DNA of 64,000 nt. Origin: an uncultured Verrucomicrobiae bacterium. Lineage in GTDB: Bacteria; Verrucomicrobiota; Verrucomicrobiia; Chthoniobacterales; Terrimicrobiaceae. The notes below the pieces were generated by a model. That model ran no database searches. It was not told the origin of the DNA and saw only the letters and a list, made by a program, of their open reading frames with translations. Below are positions 20,704 to 30,102 of the stretch, piece by piece (the first letter of the stretch is position 1; every line of letters begins with the position of its first letter). The position numbers and the translations under genes are program-made. The DNA lies in the NCBI GenBank assembly GCA_963744345.1, contig CAVUTD010000013.1, positions 20,415 to 84,414 of the forward strand. Direction: 5' to 3'.

Positions 20704-21873
20704 TTAGATCTTCGTCGGTACCCAGGTGCCCGAGCGGGTCGATCGATCGATCGCGTCGAGAATTTCTTGATTCCTTGCACCGAAGCTAAAATCGGGAAAG
20801 CAGCCCGTCTTCCTTCCGATGCCCTGAACCAGATCGTGAACTTCAATGACTTTCATATCAAAATAGCCGAGGCCCCCACCGGCGAAATCGAAACCAAAGA
20901 AAGCCGAGTATTGCGGCACCTGAGATCCGCAATAGATCGTTTTAAAGCCTCGATCGCGTTTCTCTTCCCCCATGCGAAAGACGTGAAGCTCATTAAACCT
21001 TTCCCCGTTGTTATAAATGGTTCCTTCCGTGCCCGACACTTCCCAAAAAATTCCGAAAACCCGTCCGGCGCAAACGCGCGATGCCTCGATGACTCCGGCA
21101 GCCCCTGACTCGAATTTAACCAGAGATTGAATCTGATCTTCGTTTTCCACGGCGCGCTTCTTCGCATCCGCAGCAACCTTGCTGCCATAACCGGCATCGA
21201 AATCCGGGATAGGACGCTCCTTGAAGACGATCTGGCTATGAGCTGACACCTCTGTGATGTCGCCCATGAGAAATTGGGCCACCGAAACGGCATGCGCGCC
21301 AAGATCTCCCAGCGCTCCCGTGCCGGCAAGCTCTCGTGAGCATCGCCAGGACCAGGGCAATGAAGGGTCGTTGAAGAAGCCTTGGTCAAATCTCCCGCGA
21401 AAACGAATCGGTTCTCCAATCTCTCCCCGATCGATGATCTGCTTAGCAACCATCGCTGCAGGAGTTTTGAGATTATTGAACGCTACCATGGAGTAAACTC
21501 CCGCCTTCGTAGCAGCTGCTGCCATCTTCTGCGCATCCTCAACCTTTACGGCCATCGGCTTTTCGCAGTAGACGTTTTTGCCTGCCTGAGCGGCCGCCAG
21601 AGATTGTTCCGGATGCAAATTGTTCGGCGTGGTGATATCGACCACATCGACCTTCGGATCTTCGAGCATTCGGCGCCAATCACCGTAAGCTTTCTCAAAG
21701 CCCAACCGGCGGCGGGACCTCTCAGCCAACTCGTCGTTCTGGTCCGCAATCGCATAGAGAACCGGAGCACTTGCAAGATCCTTATACAAGTTTCCCGCCC
21801 TCCTGTAAGCATCCGCATGGGCCTGTCCCATGAACCCGGAGCCAATCAGTCCGATGTTTAGTGTGTTTGCCAT
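20704..21873 (-). CDS. Gfo/Idh/MocA family oxidoreductase
   Basis: 389-aa ORF with the N-terminal Rossmann motif IGLIGSGFMGQAH and the EKP motif (VYCEKPMA). Confidence 0.85.
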   Translation of the reverse strand: MANTLNIGLIGSGFMGQAHADAYRRAGNLYKDLASAPVLYAIADQNDELAERSRRRLGFEKAYGDWRRMLEDPKVDVVDITTPNNLHPEQSLAAAQAGKNVYCEKPMAVKVEDAQKMAAAATKAGVYSMVAFNNLKTPAAMVAKQIIDRGEIGEPIRFRGRFDQGFFNDPSLPWSWRCSRELAGTGALGDLGAHAVSVAQFLMGDITEVSAHSQIVFKERPIPDFDAGYGSKVAADAKKRAVENEDQIQSLVKFESGAAGVIEASRVCAGRVFGIFWEVSGTEGTIYNNGERFNELHVFRMGEEKRDRGFKTIYCGSQVPQYSAFFGFDFAGGGLGYFDMKVIEVHDLVQGIGRKTGCFPDFSFGARNQEILDAIDRSTRSGTWVPTKI

Positions 21874-21895
21874 AGATTGCCTCTCCAGCGGTTTC

Positions 21896-22799
21896 TCAGA
21901 ACATTAGTTCTCTGATGGTCTTATAAGCCTTTTGCGCGTACAGCTGAGGAGTCGCCTTGGCGGGATCCTGCTCCGCTTCCACGACCAGCCAGCCACTGTA
22001 GCCGGAGGTTCGAACAAACTCAGCCACCTTTGAAAAATCTATGCAACCATCGCCCGGGACCTGTGAAAAGCCCTTCCCTGACTGCAGAGTTAAAGCTGAC
22101 ACCGCCCTTGCGCACCCAATCCAGGACGTTCGGGCGCACGTCCTTGAGATGAATGTGCGCGATTCGCTTTCCGAATCTTCGAAGAATTTCGCCATGATCC
22201 GCACCTGCGGCGTAGGCATGGCCGGTGTCGAGCAAAAGTCCCACAGACTCTTCGGTGGACTCGCAGAACGCCGTGATTTCCTCCGCCTTTTCGACCAGCA
22301 TCATGAGATGATGATGATAGGCCAGGGTTACGCCCCGATCCTTCAATCGCGCGGTAAATTCTTTCAGCTTCCCGGCGTAAACTGGCAGATCCAATGATTT
22401 GAGACTTGGACTTTGGCTCAAGGGCTCATCAAGAGGGGAATCGCCCGGCATCATCCCACTTTCTCCGTAGACGAGCACCTGGCAGCCGCAACCCACCAAC
22501 AGCCGGACATGATTTTGAGCAGCTGACCATTCCTCTTCTACGGATCGTTCCGCCAGATATCCCGAATACCAGCCTCCCGCCAGTTGAAGCCCATAGCTCG
22601 AAAGCTTCGGGGAGAGCTCCTGCGGATCGCGCGGAAATTTTCGTCCCAGCTCCACGCCTTCATAGCCGATGTCCGCGGCTTCCTTCAAGCAGAGCTCCAA
22701 AGGATTGTCGTCCCCGAGATCTGCAAGAACGTCATTCGTCCAGCTGAGCGGACTGACTCCTAAACGCACCCGTTTTTCCGAACTTGGAGAGCCTGCCAT
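21896..22799 (-). pseudogene. iolE: myo-inosose-2 dehydratase (IolE), reading frame broken by a 1-nt indel near 22053-22063
   Basis: The N-terminal ~245 aa lie in ORF 22020..23201, with the ATG at 22799 (MAGSPSSEKRVRLGVSPLSW...AYHHH...DTGH...HLKDV). The C-terminus VPGDGCIDF...GWLVVEAEQDPAKATP lies in ORF 21896..22219. The join reads GLFT|VPGDGCIDF, as in characterised IolE. Confidence 0.85.
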
Positions 22800-22923
22800 C
22801 ACCGCCCTCCGCTCTTGTGTGACCAGGAGGCGCATTTCTCTGCTGGGGACTGATGATGACCGCGCCTTGAGGCCAAAAGTCGTCCGGTGGTGGGATGTTG
22901 GGGGATCATAAATATAATTCATT

Positions 22924-22941
22924 CGTAAGCGATCCGTAAGC
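22924..22941. promoter_or_regulatory. Direct repeat CGTAAGC-N4-CGTAAGC (11-bp phasing) in the iolE/gabD divergent region
   Basis: Read directly from the sequence. It lies in an AT-rich non-coding region between divergent operon starts. Function is only guessed. Confidence 0.15.
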
Positions 22942-23045
22942 AAGGCGTCAAGCAAAACATTCCTCCTTCTGCGCCGCCAAATCTCTGGGCGGAAATCAGC
23001 TGGACAAGCGGGCTTTGGCAACAGTCGAGTTTGTTTAGCTTTTGA

Positions 23046-23062
23046 GTATAAATATTTTATAC
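23046..23062. promoter_or_regulatory. Perfect inverted repeat GTATAAA-N3-TTTATAC, candidate operator or -10-rich promoter element
   Basis: Read directly from the sequence. It lies about 140 nt upstream of gabD-1 and about 250 nt upstream of iolE, in the most AT-rich stretch of the window. Confidence 0.25.
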
Positions 23063-23199
23063 TGTTCTGGCTCTTCGGGGACGATGAAGCTACACGAAAG
23101 ATAAGTTTTTTCGTCGCTTCACGATTCTGGTCAACAAGATTCCCGATTTTATGCTTTCGCTTGAAAGTCCGTGTGATAAAGTTTCTGTGAAAGAAAAAC

Positions 23200-24669
23200 A
23201 TGACGACGACATTCTCTTTGAAAGATCCTGACCTTTTTCGTCAGCAAGCCTATATTGGCGGGCGCTGGTGCGATGCGGATAGCGGCGCGAGCCTGGAGGT
23301 CAATAATCCGGCGACCGGCGAGATCCTGGGGACAGTGCCCTTGATGGGCGCTAATGAAACCTGGCGCGCGATTGAGGCGGCCAAAGACGCCTTTGTCGAC
23401 TGGAGCCGAAGGCCTGCCAAAGAGCGCAGCGTGCTGATGCGCCGGTGGCATGATTTGATCATGACCAATGTCGACGACCTGGGCGCGCTAATGACTGCCG
23501 AACAGGGCAAGCCGCTGACCGAGGCGAAAGGTGAAGTCGCCTATGCCGCCTCCTTTATCGAGTGGTTCGCCGAGGAAGCCAAGCGGATCTACGGGGACAC
23601 CATTCCCTCTCCCTGGAATGATCGTCGCCTTGTCGTGATCAAGCAGCCCATCGGCGTTTGTGCGGCCATGACACCGTGGAATTTTCCCGCGGCGATGATC
23701 GCACGCAAGGCCGGACCAGCTCTGGCAGCGGGATGTACCATGGTGGCGAAACCCGCGAGCTCCACGCCATATTCGGCGTTCGCGTTCGCGGTGCTTGCCG
23801 AACGCGCCGGAATTCCCTCCGGCGTCCTTAACGTCATCACCGGCAATTCCAAGGAAATCGGTGGCGAGATGACTTCAAATCCCGATGTGCGCAAGATTAC
23901 TTTTACCGGCTCAACGGAGGTTGGCCGCCTGCTCATGAAGCAGAGCTCCGCCACGGTCAAGAAGCTTTCCCTGGAGCTCGGCGGCAACGCGCCCTTCATT
24001 GTCTTTGACGACGCCGATCTCGATGCCGCCGTTGAAGGAGCCATCATTTCCAAGTACCGCAACGCCGGCCAGACCTGTGTGTGCGCAAACCGGCTTTACG
24101 TGCAGGCCGGCGTCTACGATGCCTTTGCCGAGAAGCTCGTCGCGGCGGTCGGCAAGCTTAAGGTTGGCAACGGCTTTGAGCCGGGAGTTCAGCAGGGTCC
24201 TCTCATCGATAACGCCGCTGTTGAGAAGGTCGAGGAGCATATTGAGGATGCCGTTTCCAAAGGCGGCCATGTTCTTCTTGGAGGCAAGCGCCATGCCCTT
24301 GGCCAGACCTTCTTTGAACCGACCGTGCTGGCCGACGTTACTCCGAAGATGAAGGTCGCCAAAGAAGAGACCTTCGGGCCCTTGGCCCCTTTGTTCCGCT
24401 TCGAGACAGATGAGGAAGGGATCGAGATGGCCAACGATACGGAATTCGGCCTCGCGAGCTATTTCTATAGCCGTGACATTGGCCGCATCTGGCGGGCGGC
24501 TGAAGCGCTCGAATCCGGCATGGTGGGTATCAACACCGGTCTGATCTCCAACGAGGTTGCGCCGTTTGGCGGCGTGAAGCAGTCGGGGCTTGGCCGTGAG
24601 GGATCCCACTATGGGATAGAGGAATTCCTTGAAATAAAATACCTCTGCTTCGGCGGGCTCGATAAATGA
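23200..24669 (+). CDS. gabD: Succinate-semialdehyde dehydrogenase-type NAD(P)+ aldehyde dehydrogenase, copy 1
   Basis: 489-aa ORF. Contains the GabD-like N-terminus (FRQQAYIGGRW), ELGGNAP, and the catalytic Cys context GQTCVCANR. Confidence 0.85.
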   Translation: MTTTFSLKDPDLFRQQAYIGGRWCDADSGASLEVNNPATGEILGTVPLMGANETWRAIEAAKDAFVDWSRRPAKERSVLMRRWHDLIMTNVDDLGALMTAEQGKPLTEAKGEVAYAASFIEWFAEEAKRIYGDTIPSPWNDRRLVVIKQPIGVCAAMTPWNFPAAMIARKAGPALAAGCTMVAKPASSTPYSAFAFAVLAERAGIPSGVLNVITGNSKEIGGEMTSNPDVRKITFTGSTEVGRLLMKQSSATVKKLSLELGGNAPFIVFDDADLDAAVEGAIISKYRNAGQTCVCANRLYVQAGVYDAFAEKLVAAVGKLKVGNGFEPGVQQGPLIDNAAVEKVEEHIEDAVSKGGHVLLGGKRHALGQTFFEPTVLADVTPKMKVAKEETFGPLAPLFRFETDEEGIEMANDTEFGLASYFYSRDIGRIWRAAEALESGMVGINTGLISNEVAPFGGVKQSGLGREGSHYGIEEFLEIKYLCFGGLDK

Positions 24670-24681
24670 AGAGCACGTAGA

Positions 24682-26148
24682 ATGACGACAGTCTCTTTGG
24701 CGGATTCGGACCTTTTTCGTCAGCAAGCCTTTATCGGCGGACGCTGGTGCGATGCGGATAGCGCCGCGACGCTGGAGGTTAATGATCCCGCCACCGGGGA
24801 AATCCTGGGAACTGTGCCCTTGATGGGCGCAAACGAAACCTGGCGCGCAATTGAGGCGGCCAAAGACGCCTTTGTCGACTGGAGCCGAAGTCCTGCCAAA
24901 GAGCGGAGCGTGCTCATGCGCCGGTGGCATGATTTGATCATGGCCAATGTCGACGACCTCGGCGCGCTGATGACTGCCGAACAGGGCAAGCCGCTGACCG
25001 AGGCGAAAGGTGAAGTCGCCTATGCCGCCTCTTTTGTCGAGTGGTTCGCCGAGGAAGCCAAACGGATCTACGGGGACACCATTCCCTCTCCCTGGAGTGA
25101 TCGTCGCCTTGTCGTGATCAAGCAGCCTATCGGCGTTTGTGCGGCCGTCACACCGTGGAATTTTCCCACGGCGATGATTGCACGCAAGGCCGCGCCCGCT
25201 CTGGCAGCGGGATGTACCATGATCGCGAAGCCCGCGGAATCCACTCCCTACTCGGCCTTGGCACTTGCCGTACTGGCTGAACGCGCCGGAATTCCCGCCG
25301 GCGTTCTCAACGTGCTCACCGGAGCCGCCAAGGAAATTGGTGGCGAGATGACCTCAAATCCCGATGTGCGCAAGATTACTTTCACGGGCTCAACGGAGGT
25401 TGGCCGACTGCTCATGAAGCAGAGCTCGGCCACGGTCAAGAAGCTTTCCCTGGAGCTCGGCGGCAACGCGCCCTTCATCGTCTTTGATGATGCTGATCTC
25501 GATGCTGCCGTTGAAGGAGCCATCATTTCCAAGTACCGCAATGCCGGTCAGACCTGCGTCTGTGCGAACCGGCTGTACGTGCAGGCCGGCGTTTACGATG
25601 CCTTTGCCGAAAAGCTCGTTGCCGCGGTCGCAGAACTTAAGGTCGGCAATGGCTTCGAGCCGGGAGTTCAGCAAGGTCCTCTCATCGATAATGCGGCGGT
25701 CGAGAAAATCGAGGAGCATATCCAAGATGCGGTTTCCAAAGGCGGCCATGTTCTTCTTGGAGGCAAGCGCCATGCCCTTGGCCGCACCTTCTTCGAACCG
25801 ACAGTATTAGGGAACGTTACTACCCAAATGAAGGTTGCGAAAGAGGAGACCTTCGGACCATTGGCTCCTTTGTTCCGCTTCGAGACCGATGAGGAAGGCA
25901 TTCACCTGGCCAACGACACGGAATTTGGCTTGGCCAGCTATTTCTACAGTCGCGACATCGGCAGGATCTGGCGCGCGGCCGAAGCCTTGGAATGCGGTAT
26001 GGTCGGAATCAATACCGGCCTGATCTCCAACGAGGTTGCCCCCTTTGGGGGCGTCAAACAATCCGGGCTTGGGCGCGAGGGATCCCACTACGGAATAGAA
26101 GACTTCCTCGAGATAAAATACCTCTGCTTCGGCGGATTGAACCAATAA
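24682..26148 (+). CDS. gabD: Succinate-semialdehyde dehydrogenase-type aldehyde dehydrogenase, copy 2 (tandem paralog)
   Basis: 488-aa ORF, colinear with copy 1 and roughly 90 % or more identical to it by eye. It starts 12 nt after the copy 1 stop. Confidence 0.85.
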   Translation: MTTVSLADSDLFRQQAFIGGRWCDADSAATLEVNDPATGEILGTVPLMGANETWRAIEAAKDAFVDWSRSPAKERSVLMRRWHDLIMANVDDLGALMTAEQGKPLTEAKGEVAYAASFVEWFAEEAKRIYGDTIPSPWSDRRLVVIKQPIGVCAAVTPWNFPTAMIARKAAPALAAGCTMIAKPAESTPYSALALAVLAERAGIPAGVLNVLTGAAKEIGGEMTSNPDVRKITFTGSTEVGRLLMKQSSATVKKLSLELGGNAPFIVFDDADLDAAVEGAIISKYRNAGQTCVCANRLYVQAGVYDAFAEKLVAAVAELKVGNGFEPGVQQGPLIDNAAVEKIEEHIQDAVSKGGHVLLGGKRHALGRTFFEPTVLGNVTTQMKVAKEETFGPLAPLFRFETDEEGIHLANDTEFGLASYFYSRDIGRIWRAAEALECGMVGINTGLISNEVAPFGGVKQSGLGREGSHYGIEDFLEIKYLCFGGLNQ

Positions 26149-26354
26149 AGCCTTACGGCAATCCTTAGCTGTGATTTCTTTGACCAATTCGGAACTTTTT
26201 ACAGGCGGGTCTACCAAAGTTTACATGGCTGCACAAAGGTTGATAAGAGGCCATCGAAGGTCGGCGGACGCAGACAATGAGTAGGATTCGGCACGATCGG
26301 CGAGCGGCCCGGACTATACAATCGGTGCTGCTTACAAAAGCGTCTCCGCCCACA

Positions 26355-27113
26355 ATGGACGAACGCCGTGGGAGTATCGTCGAGTTCCTGAAGAAGGAGG
26401 GCAAAATAAGGGTCGAGGAATTGGCCGACAGACTAAAGGTAAGCCAAGTCACAATCCGGAAAGATCTCGACGCGTTGGAGAACCGGGGACTCCTGGAGAG
26501 GAGCCACGGCAATGCCGTATTCTCTCAGCAGAGCCGATTCAACATTGCCTTTCTGGAGAAACTCCAGCTGCAAGCCTCGGCAAAGGGGCTTATCGCTCAG
26601 GCTGCTGCCAACCATATCCACGAAGGGGATTCTATTATTTTGGATTCTGGTACTACTACGTTGGCGCTCGCCAAGGTCCTGGTCGGGAAGTTTCGCTCTC
26701 TCTTTGTCATAACAAATTCTGTGCCCGCAGCTTTGGAATTAACGAACGCAGGGTACGAACTTCTCCTCGTCGGCGGCCAGGTACGTAATCATAGCATGGC
26801 CCTGATTGGGCCGATGGGACTTAGGAACTTGGAAAATTACCATGTTGATCGAGCATTCATGGGTACCAGCGGAATTACTTTGAAGCACGGATACAGCACG
26901 CCCGATTCGCTGGATGCCCAAATGAAACAGGCGATGATCCGCGTTGCTGACAAAGCCTACGTTTTAACCGATTCGTCAAAATTCGGCCATAATTGCATAG
27001 TGAGCTTCGCCAAGTCTTCGGATATTCACCTCACGCTAACCGATTCCGGAATTCCTCCAAAGGTTGTCAAAGATTTCAAACAACACGGAATCGATATTCA
27101 AATCGCCGTTTGA
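26355..27113 (+). CDS. DeoR-family transcriptional regulator (IolR-like)
   Basis: ORF open from 26277; the ATG at 26355 gives the typical DeoR N-terminus MDERRGSIVEFLKKEGKIRVEELADRLKVSQVTIRKDLDALE. The C-terminal part is a sugar-phosphate-binding DeoR_C domain. Confidence 0.85.
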   Translation: MDERRGSIVEFLKKEGKIRVEELADRLKVSQVTIRKDLDALENRGLLERSHGNAVFSQQSRFNIAFLEKLQLQASAKGLIAQAAANHIHEGDSIILDSGTTTLALAKVLVGKFRSLFVITNSVPAALELTNAGYELLLVGGQVRNHSMALIGPMGLRNLENYHVDRAFMGTSGITLKHGYSTPDSLDAQMKQAMIRVADKAYVLTDSSKFGHNCIVSFAKSSDIHLTLTDSGIPPKVVKDFKQHGIDIQIAV

Positions 27114-27481
27114 AATGATCAGTCGGAGTCTGTCTGGTTTTCTTGGTCGTCGCGTTACCGGCGCTCGGCCGGTTTTCTGCTTAGCTTGCACTCACCAAGA
27201 GCATTCGGTTATGACAGCAAGCACTCGTTCACCAAATTTGAGTTCATTTTTGACCAAGAGCCGCAGGAAGCCCGATTCAGTACCTTCAGTTTTCGCTATA
27301 ATGTTCTTGCAAGCAAGACATCCATACCCTACGACCTTTTGTCGGCTAGATGGACGCCAATCGACTGCGGAGCGCTTGCTCGAAAGTTCGATCAAGCGGC
27401 TTTGGCCTAACCAAGAAGTTCCCGAACACCAGAACCAAATTAAATTAGCCCGGGCTCCGGGCCCAACTCAGGAGATTTGAA

Positions 27482-28405
27482 ATGAAACGCTTTCTACTAG
27501 CATTGGCAGCTTCCGCCATCATGATGACCTGTGCGGTGGCGCAGAACGTCGGAGTCTGTATGGCTTATTTCGACGATCTTTTCCTTACCAATCTTCGCGA
27601 AGCCATGACGGCAACGGCGAAGGAAAAGGGCGTCAAGCTTCAATTTGAGGACGCGCAGGGGGACATCGGCAAGCAACTCAGTTCCATACAGAATTTCATC
27701 GCCCAGAAGGTTGATGCGATTGTTGTCAATCCTGTCGATAGCTCGGCGACGGCGCAGATGACGAAGCTGATTCAAGGCGCGGGCATCCCCCTTGTTTATG
27801 TCAACCGCGCGCCGCTCGAGCCGTTAAAGGGCGGCGAACCGGTCGTCTACGTCGGCTCCGACGAAAACGTGTCAGGCAAGCTGGAAGCCGAGGGAATCGC
27901 CAAGATGCTGAACGGCAAGGGCAACGTGGTTATCATGATGGGTGAACTTGCGACCCAGGCCGCCATCCTGCGAACCGAAGGCGCTGAGAAGGTTTTCAAA
28001 GAGCATCCAGAGATAAAGGTCGTGCAGAAGCAAACTGCCAACTGGCGGCGCAATGAGGCCATTGATCTCATGAACAACTGGTTGGTTGCCGGCACGAAGA
28101 TCGACGGCGTCTGCGCAAACAACGACGAGATGGCCATCGGGGCGATTATTGCGCTTCAGCAGGCGGGCAAGGATCCCAAGAAAGTTATCATCGGTGGGGT
28201 TGACGCAACTCGGGACGCGCTTGCGGAGATGGAGAAGGGCAACCTCGCTGTGACAGTTTTCCAGGATGCCAAGGGTCAGGGCAAGGCTGTGGTAGACTCG
28301 GTCACCAAGCTGCTCAAGAAGGAGAAATTTGAGTCTCCCTATGTCTATGTTCCGTTCGAACTGGTCACTAAGGAAAACTACAAGGAGTACCTCAAGAGGC
28401 TATAA
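27482..28405 (+). CDS. Sugar ABC transporter substrate-binding protein (RbsB/periplasmic binding protein type I)
   Basis: 307-aa ORF with a signal peptide. An AGGAG RBS sits about 8 nt upstream. It is followed by the ATPase and permease genes. Confidence 0.85.
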   Translation: MKRFLLALAASAIMMTCAVAQNVGVCMAYFDDLFLTNLREAMTATAKEKGVKLQFEDAQGDIGKQLSSIQNFIAQKVDAIVVNPVDSSATAQMTKLIQGAGIPLVYVNRAPLEPLKGGEPVVYVGSDENVSGKLEAEGIAKMLNGKGNVVIMMGELATQAAILRTEGAEKVFKEHPEIKVVQKQTANWRRNEAIDLMNNWLVAGTKIDGVCANNDEMAIGAIIALQQAGKDPKKVIIGGVDATRDALAEMEKGNLAVTVFQDAKGQGKAVVDSVTKLLKKEKFESPYVYVPFELVTKENYKEYLKRL

Positions 28406-28473
28406 CCTTTGAAGCACCGGGTCCAGATGGCCGTGAAGTCTCTGCCTAATGTAAACGCGTTGAAAGATTAGTC

Positions 28474-30039
28474 ATGTCTTCTTCAGAGTCCTTGGGCTTG
28501 CACGAGCCCTTCAACGAAACTCAGGTCGCCGGAGTCTTTGCGGAAGCGCCTTATCTGCTCGAGGTGGAGGGCGTGCGCAAGGAATTCCCCGGCGTGGTGG
28601 CACTCGATGGCGTTCAGCTTCGGATTCGCCCCGGCACCGTTCACGCCCTCATGGGCGAGAATGGCGCCGGCAAGTCTACGCTGATGAAGATCGTGGCCGG
28701 CATTTATCAACCCGACACAGGAGAAATCCGCTTGAAGGGCAAACCAGTGAAGCTGCCGACGCCACTCGCTGCCCTCGATGCCGGGATCGCGATGATCCAT
28801 CAGGAACTTAACCTGATGCCTTATATGACGGTCGCCGAGAACGTCTGGATTCGCCGGGAGCCAATGAGGGGACTTGGCTTCATGGATTTCGTGAACCATG
28901 CGGAGATGAACCGCATGACGGAGCATTTGTTCCGCCGCTTGAATATCGACATCGATCCAAACCTTGAGGTTCGGCATCTAACGGTTGCCAACCGGCAGAT
29001 CATCGAGATCGCCAAGGCCGTATCCTTCGAATCCGATATCCTTATTATGGATGAGCCGACTTCCGCGCTCACTGAACGCGAAGTGGAGCATCTCTTTGCA
29101 ATTATCGCCGACCTCAAGGCCCATGGCGTCGGCATCGTCTATATCACCCACAAGATGGATGAAGTCTTCGCGATCGCCGACGACGTGTCAGTTTTTCGGG
29201 ACGGCCGCTACATTGCCACCCATCGTGCCAAAGACATCAATCGCGACATCCTGATCAAGGAGATGGTCGGCCGCGACCTCGACGCCATGTTTCCAAAAGA
29301 GACGGTCCCCATCGGCGACGTCGCGCTTTCTGTCCGAAACCTCGCCCTCGAAGGGGTTTTCTCAGATGTCTCTTTCGAGCTCCGCAAAGGAGAGATCCTT
29401 GGCCTTGCCGGTCTGGTGGGAGCAGGCCGAACGAATGTGGCCGAGACCATCTTTGGCGTAACTCCGGCAACCTCAGGAGAGATTTTCGTCAACGGCAAGA
29501 AGCTCATCGTCGATTCCCCGCAGATTGCCATGCGCGCAGGGATGGCGCTTCTGACTGAGGATCGCAAGGATACCGGCTGTTTTCTAGTGCTTTCTGTTCT
29601 TGAAAACATGGAGATGGCGGTGCTCCAGGACCGCTACGTCAGGAACGGATTTGTGACTCAGAGCACCTTGACGGCGGAATGCGACAAACTGAAGACGGCC
29701 CTCAGGATCAAGACGCCGGATCTCCACGAGCGCATCGAGAACTTAAGCGGAGGCAACCAGCAAAAGGGGCTGATCGGACGTTGGCTTCTCACCAAGCCGA
29801 AAATCCTCATCCTCGATGAGCCAACGCGCGGCATCGACGTCGGCGCCAAGGCGGAGATCCACAGGCTGATCTCGAAACTCGCGGGCGAGGGTCTTGCTGT
29901 CATCATGATTTCTTCCGAAATGCCGGAGATTCTTGGCATGAGTGACCGCATTATGGTCATGCATGACGGTCGGGTGACTGGGTTTCTTGACCGCTCCACG
30001 GCCGATCAAGTTAGTATCATGCACCTTGCCTCGGGCTAA
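28474..30039 (+). CDS. Sugar ABC transporter ATP-binding protein with duplicated NBD (RbsA/MglA type)
   Basis: 521-aa ORF. First Walker A is GENGAGKST. The second NBD has the degenerate Walker A GLVGAGRT, signature LSGGNQQK and Walker [13 protein letters not shown]. Confidence 0.9.
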   Translation: MSSSESLGLHEPFNETQVAGVFAEAPYLLEVEGVRKEFPGVVALDGVQLRIRPGTVHALMGENGAGKSTLMKIVAGIYQPDTGEIRLKGKPVKLPTPLAALDAGIAMIHQELNLMPYMTVAENVWIRREPMRGLGFMDFVNHAEMNRMTEHLFRRLNIDIDPNLEVRHLTVANRQIIEIAKAVSFESDILIMDEPTSALTEREVEHLFAIIADLKAHGVGIVYITHKMDEVFAIADDVSVFRDGRYIATHRAKDINRDILIKEMVGRDLDAMFPKETVPIGDVALSVRNLALEGVFSDVSFELRKGEILGLAGLVGAGRTNVAETIFGVTPATSGEIFVNGKKLIVDSPQIAMRAGMALLTEDRKDTGCFLVLSVLENMEMAVLQDRYVRNGFVTQSTLTAECDKLKTALRIKTPDLHERIENLSGGNQQKGLIGRWLLTKPKILILDEPTRGIDVGAKAEIHRLISKLAGEGLAVIMISSEMPEILGMSDRIMVMHDGRVTGFLDRSTADQVSIMHLASG

Positions 30040-30102
30040 TCTTGTGCCCGACCGCGCAGATACCCTCATGATGCAGCAACACCCATAGATGGAGAAGAAG
30101 TA

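Noticed and set aside
23911-24930. 339-aa minus-strand ORF, with similar ones at 25390..25773 and 25807..26217, antisense to the gabD genes.
   Set aside because: These are shadow ORFs inside strongly supported aldehyde dehydrogenase genes. They are duplicated simply because the sense genes are duplicated, and they show no recognisable protein features.
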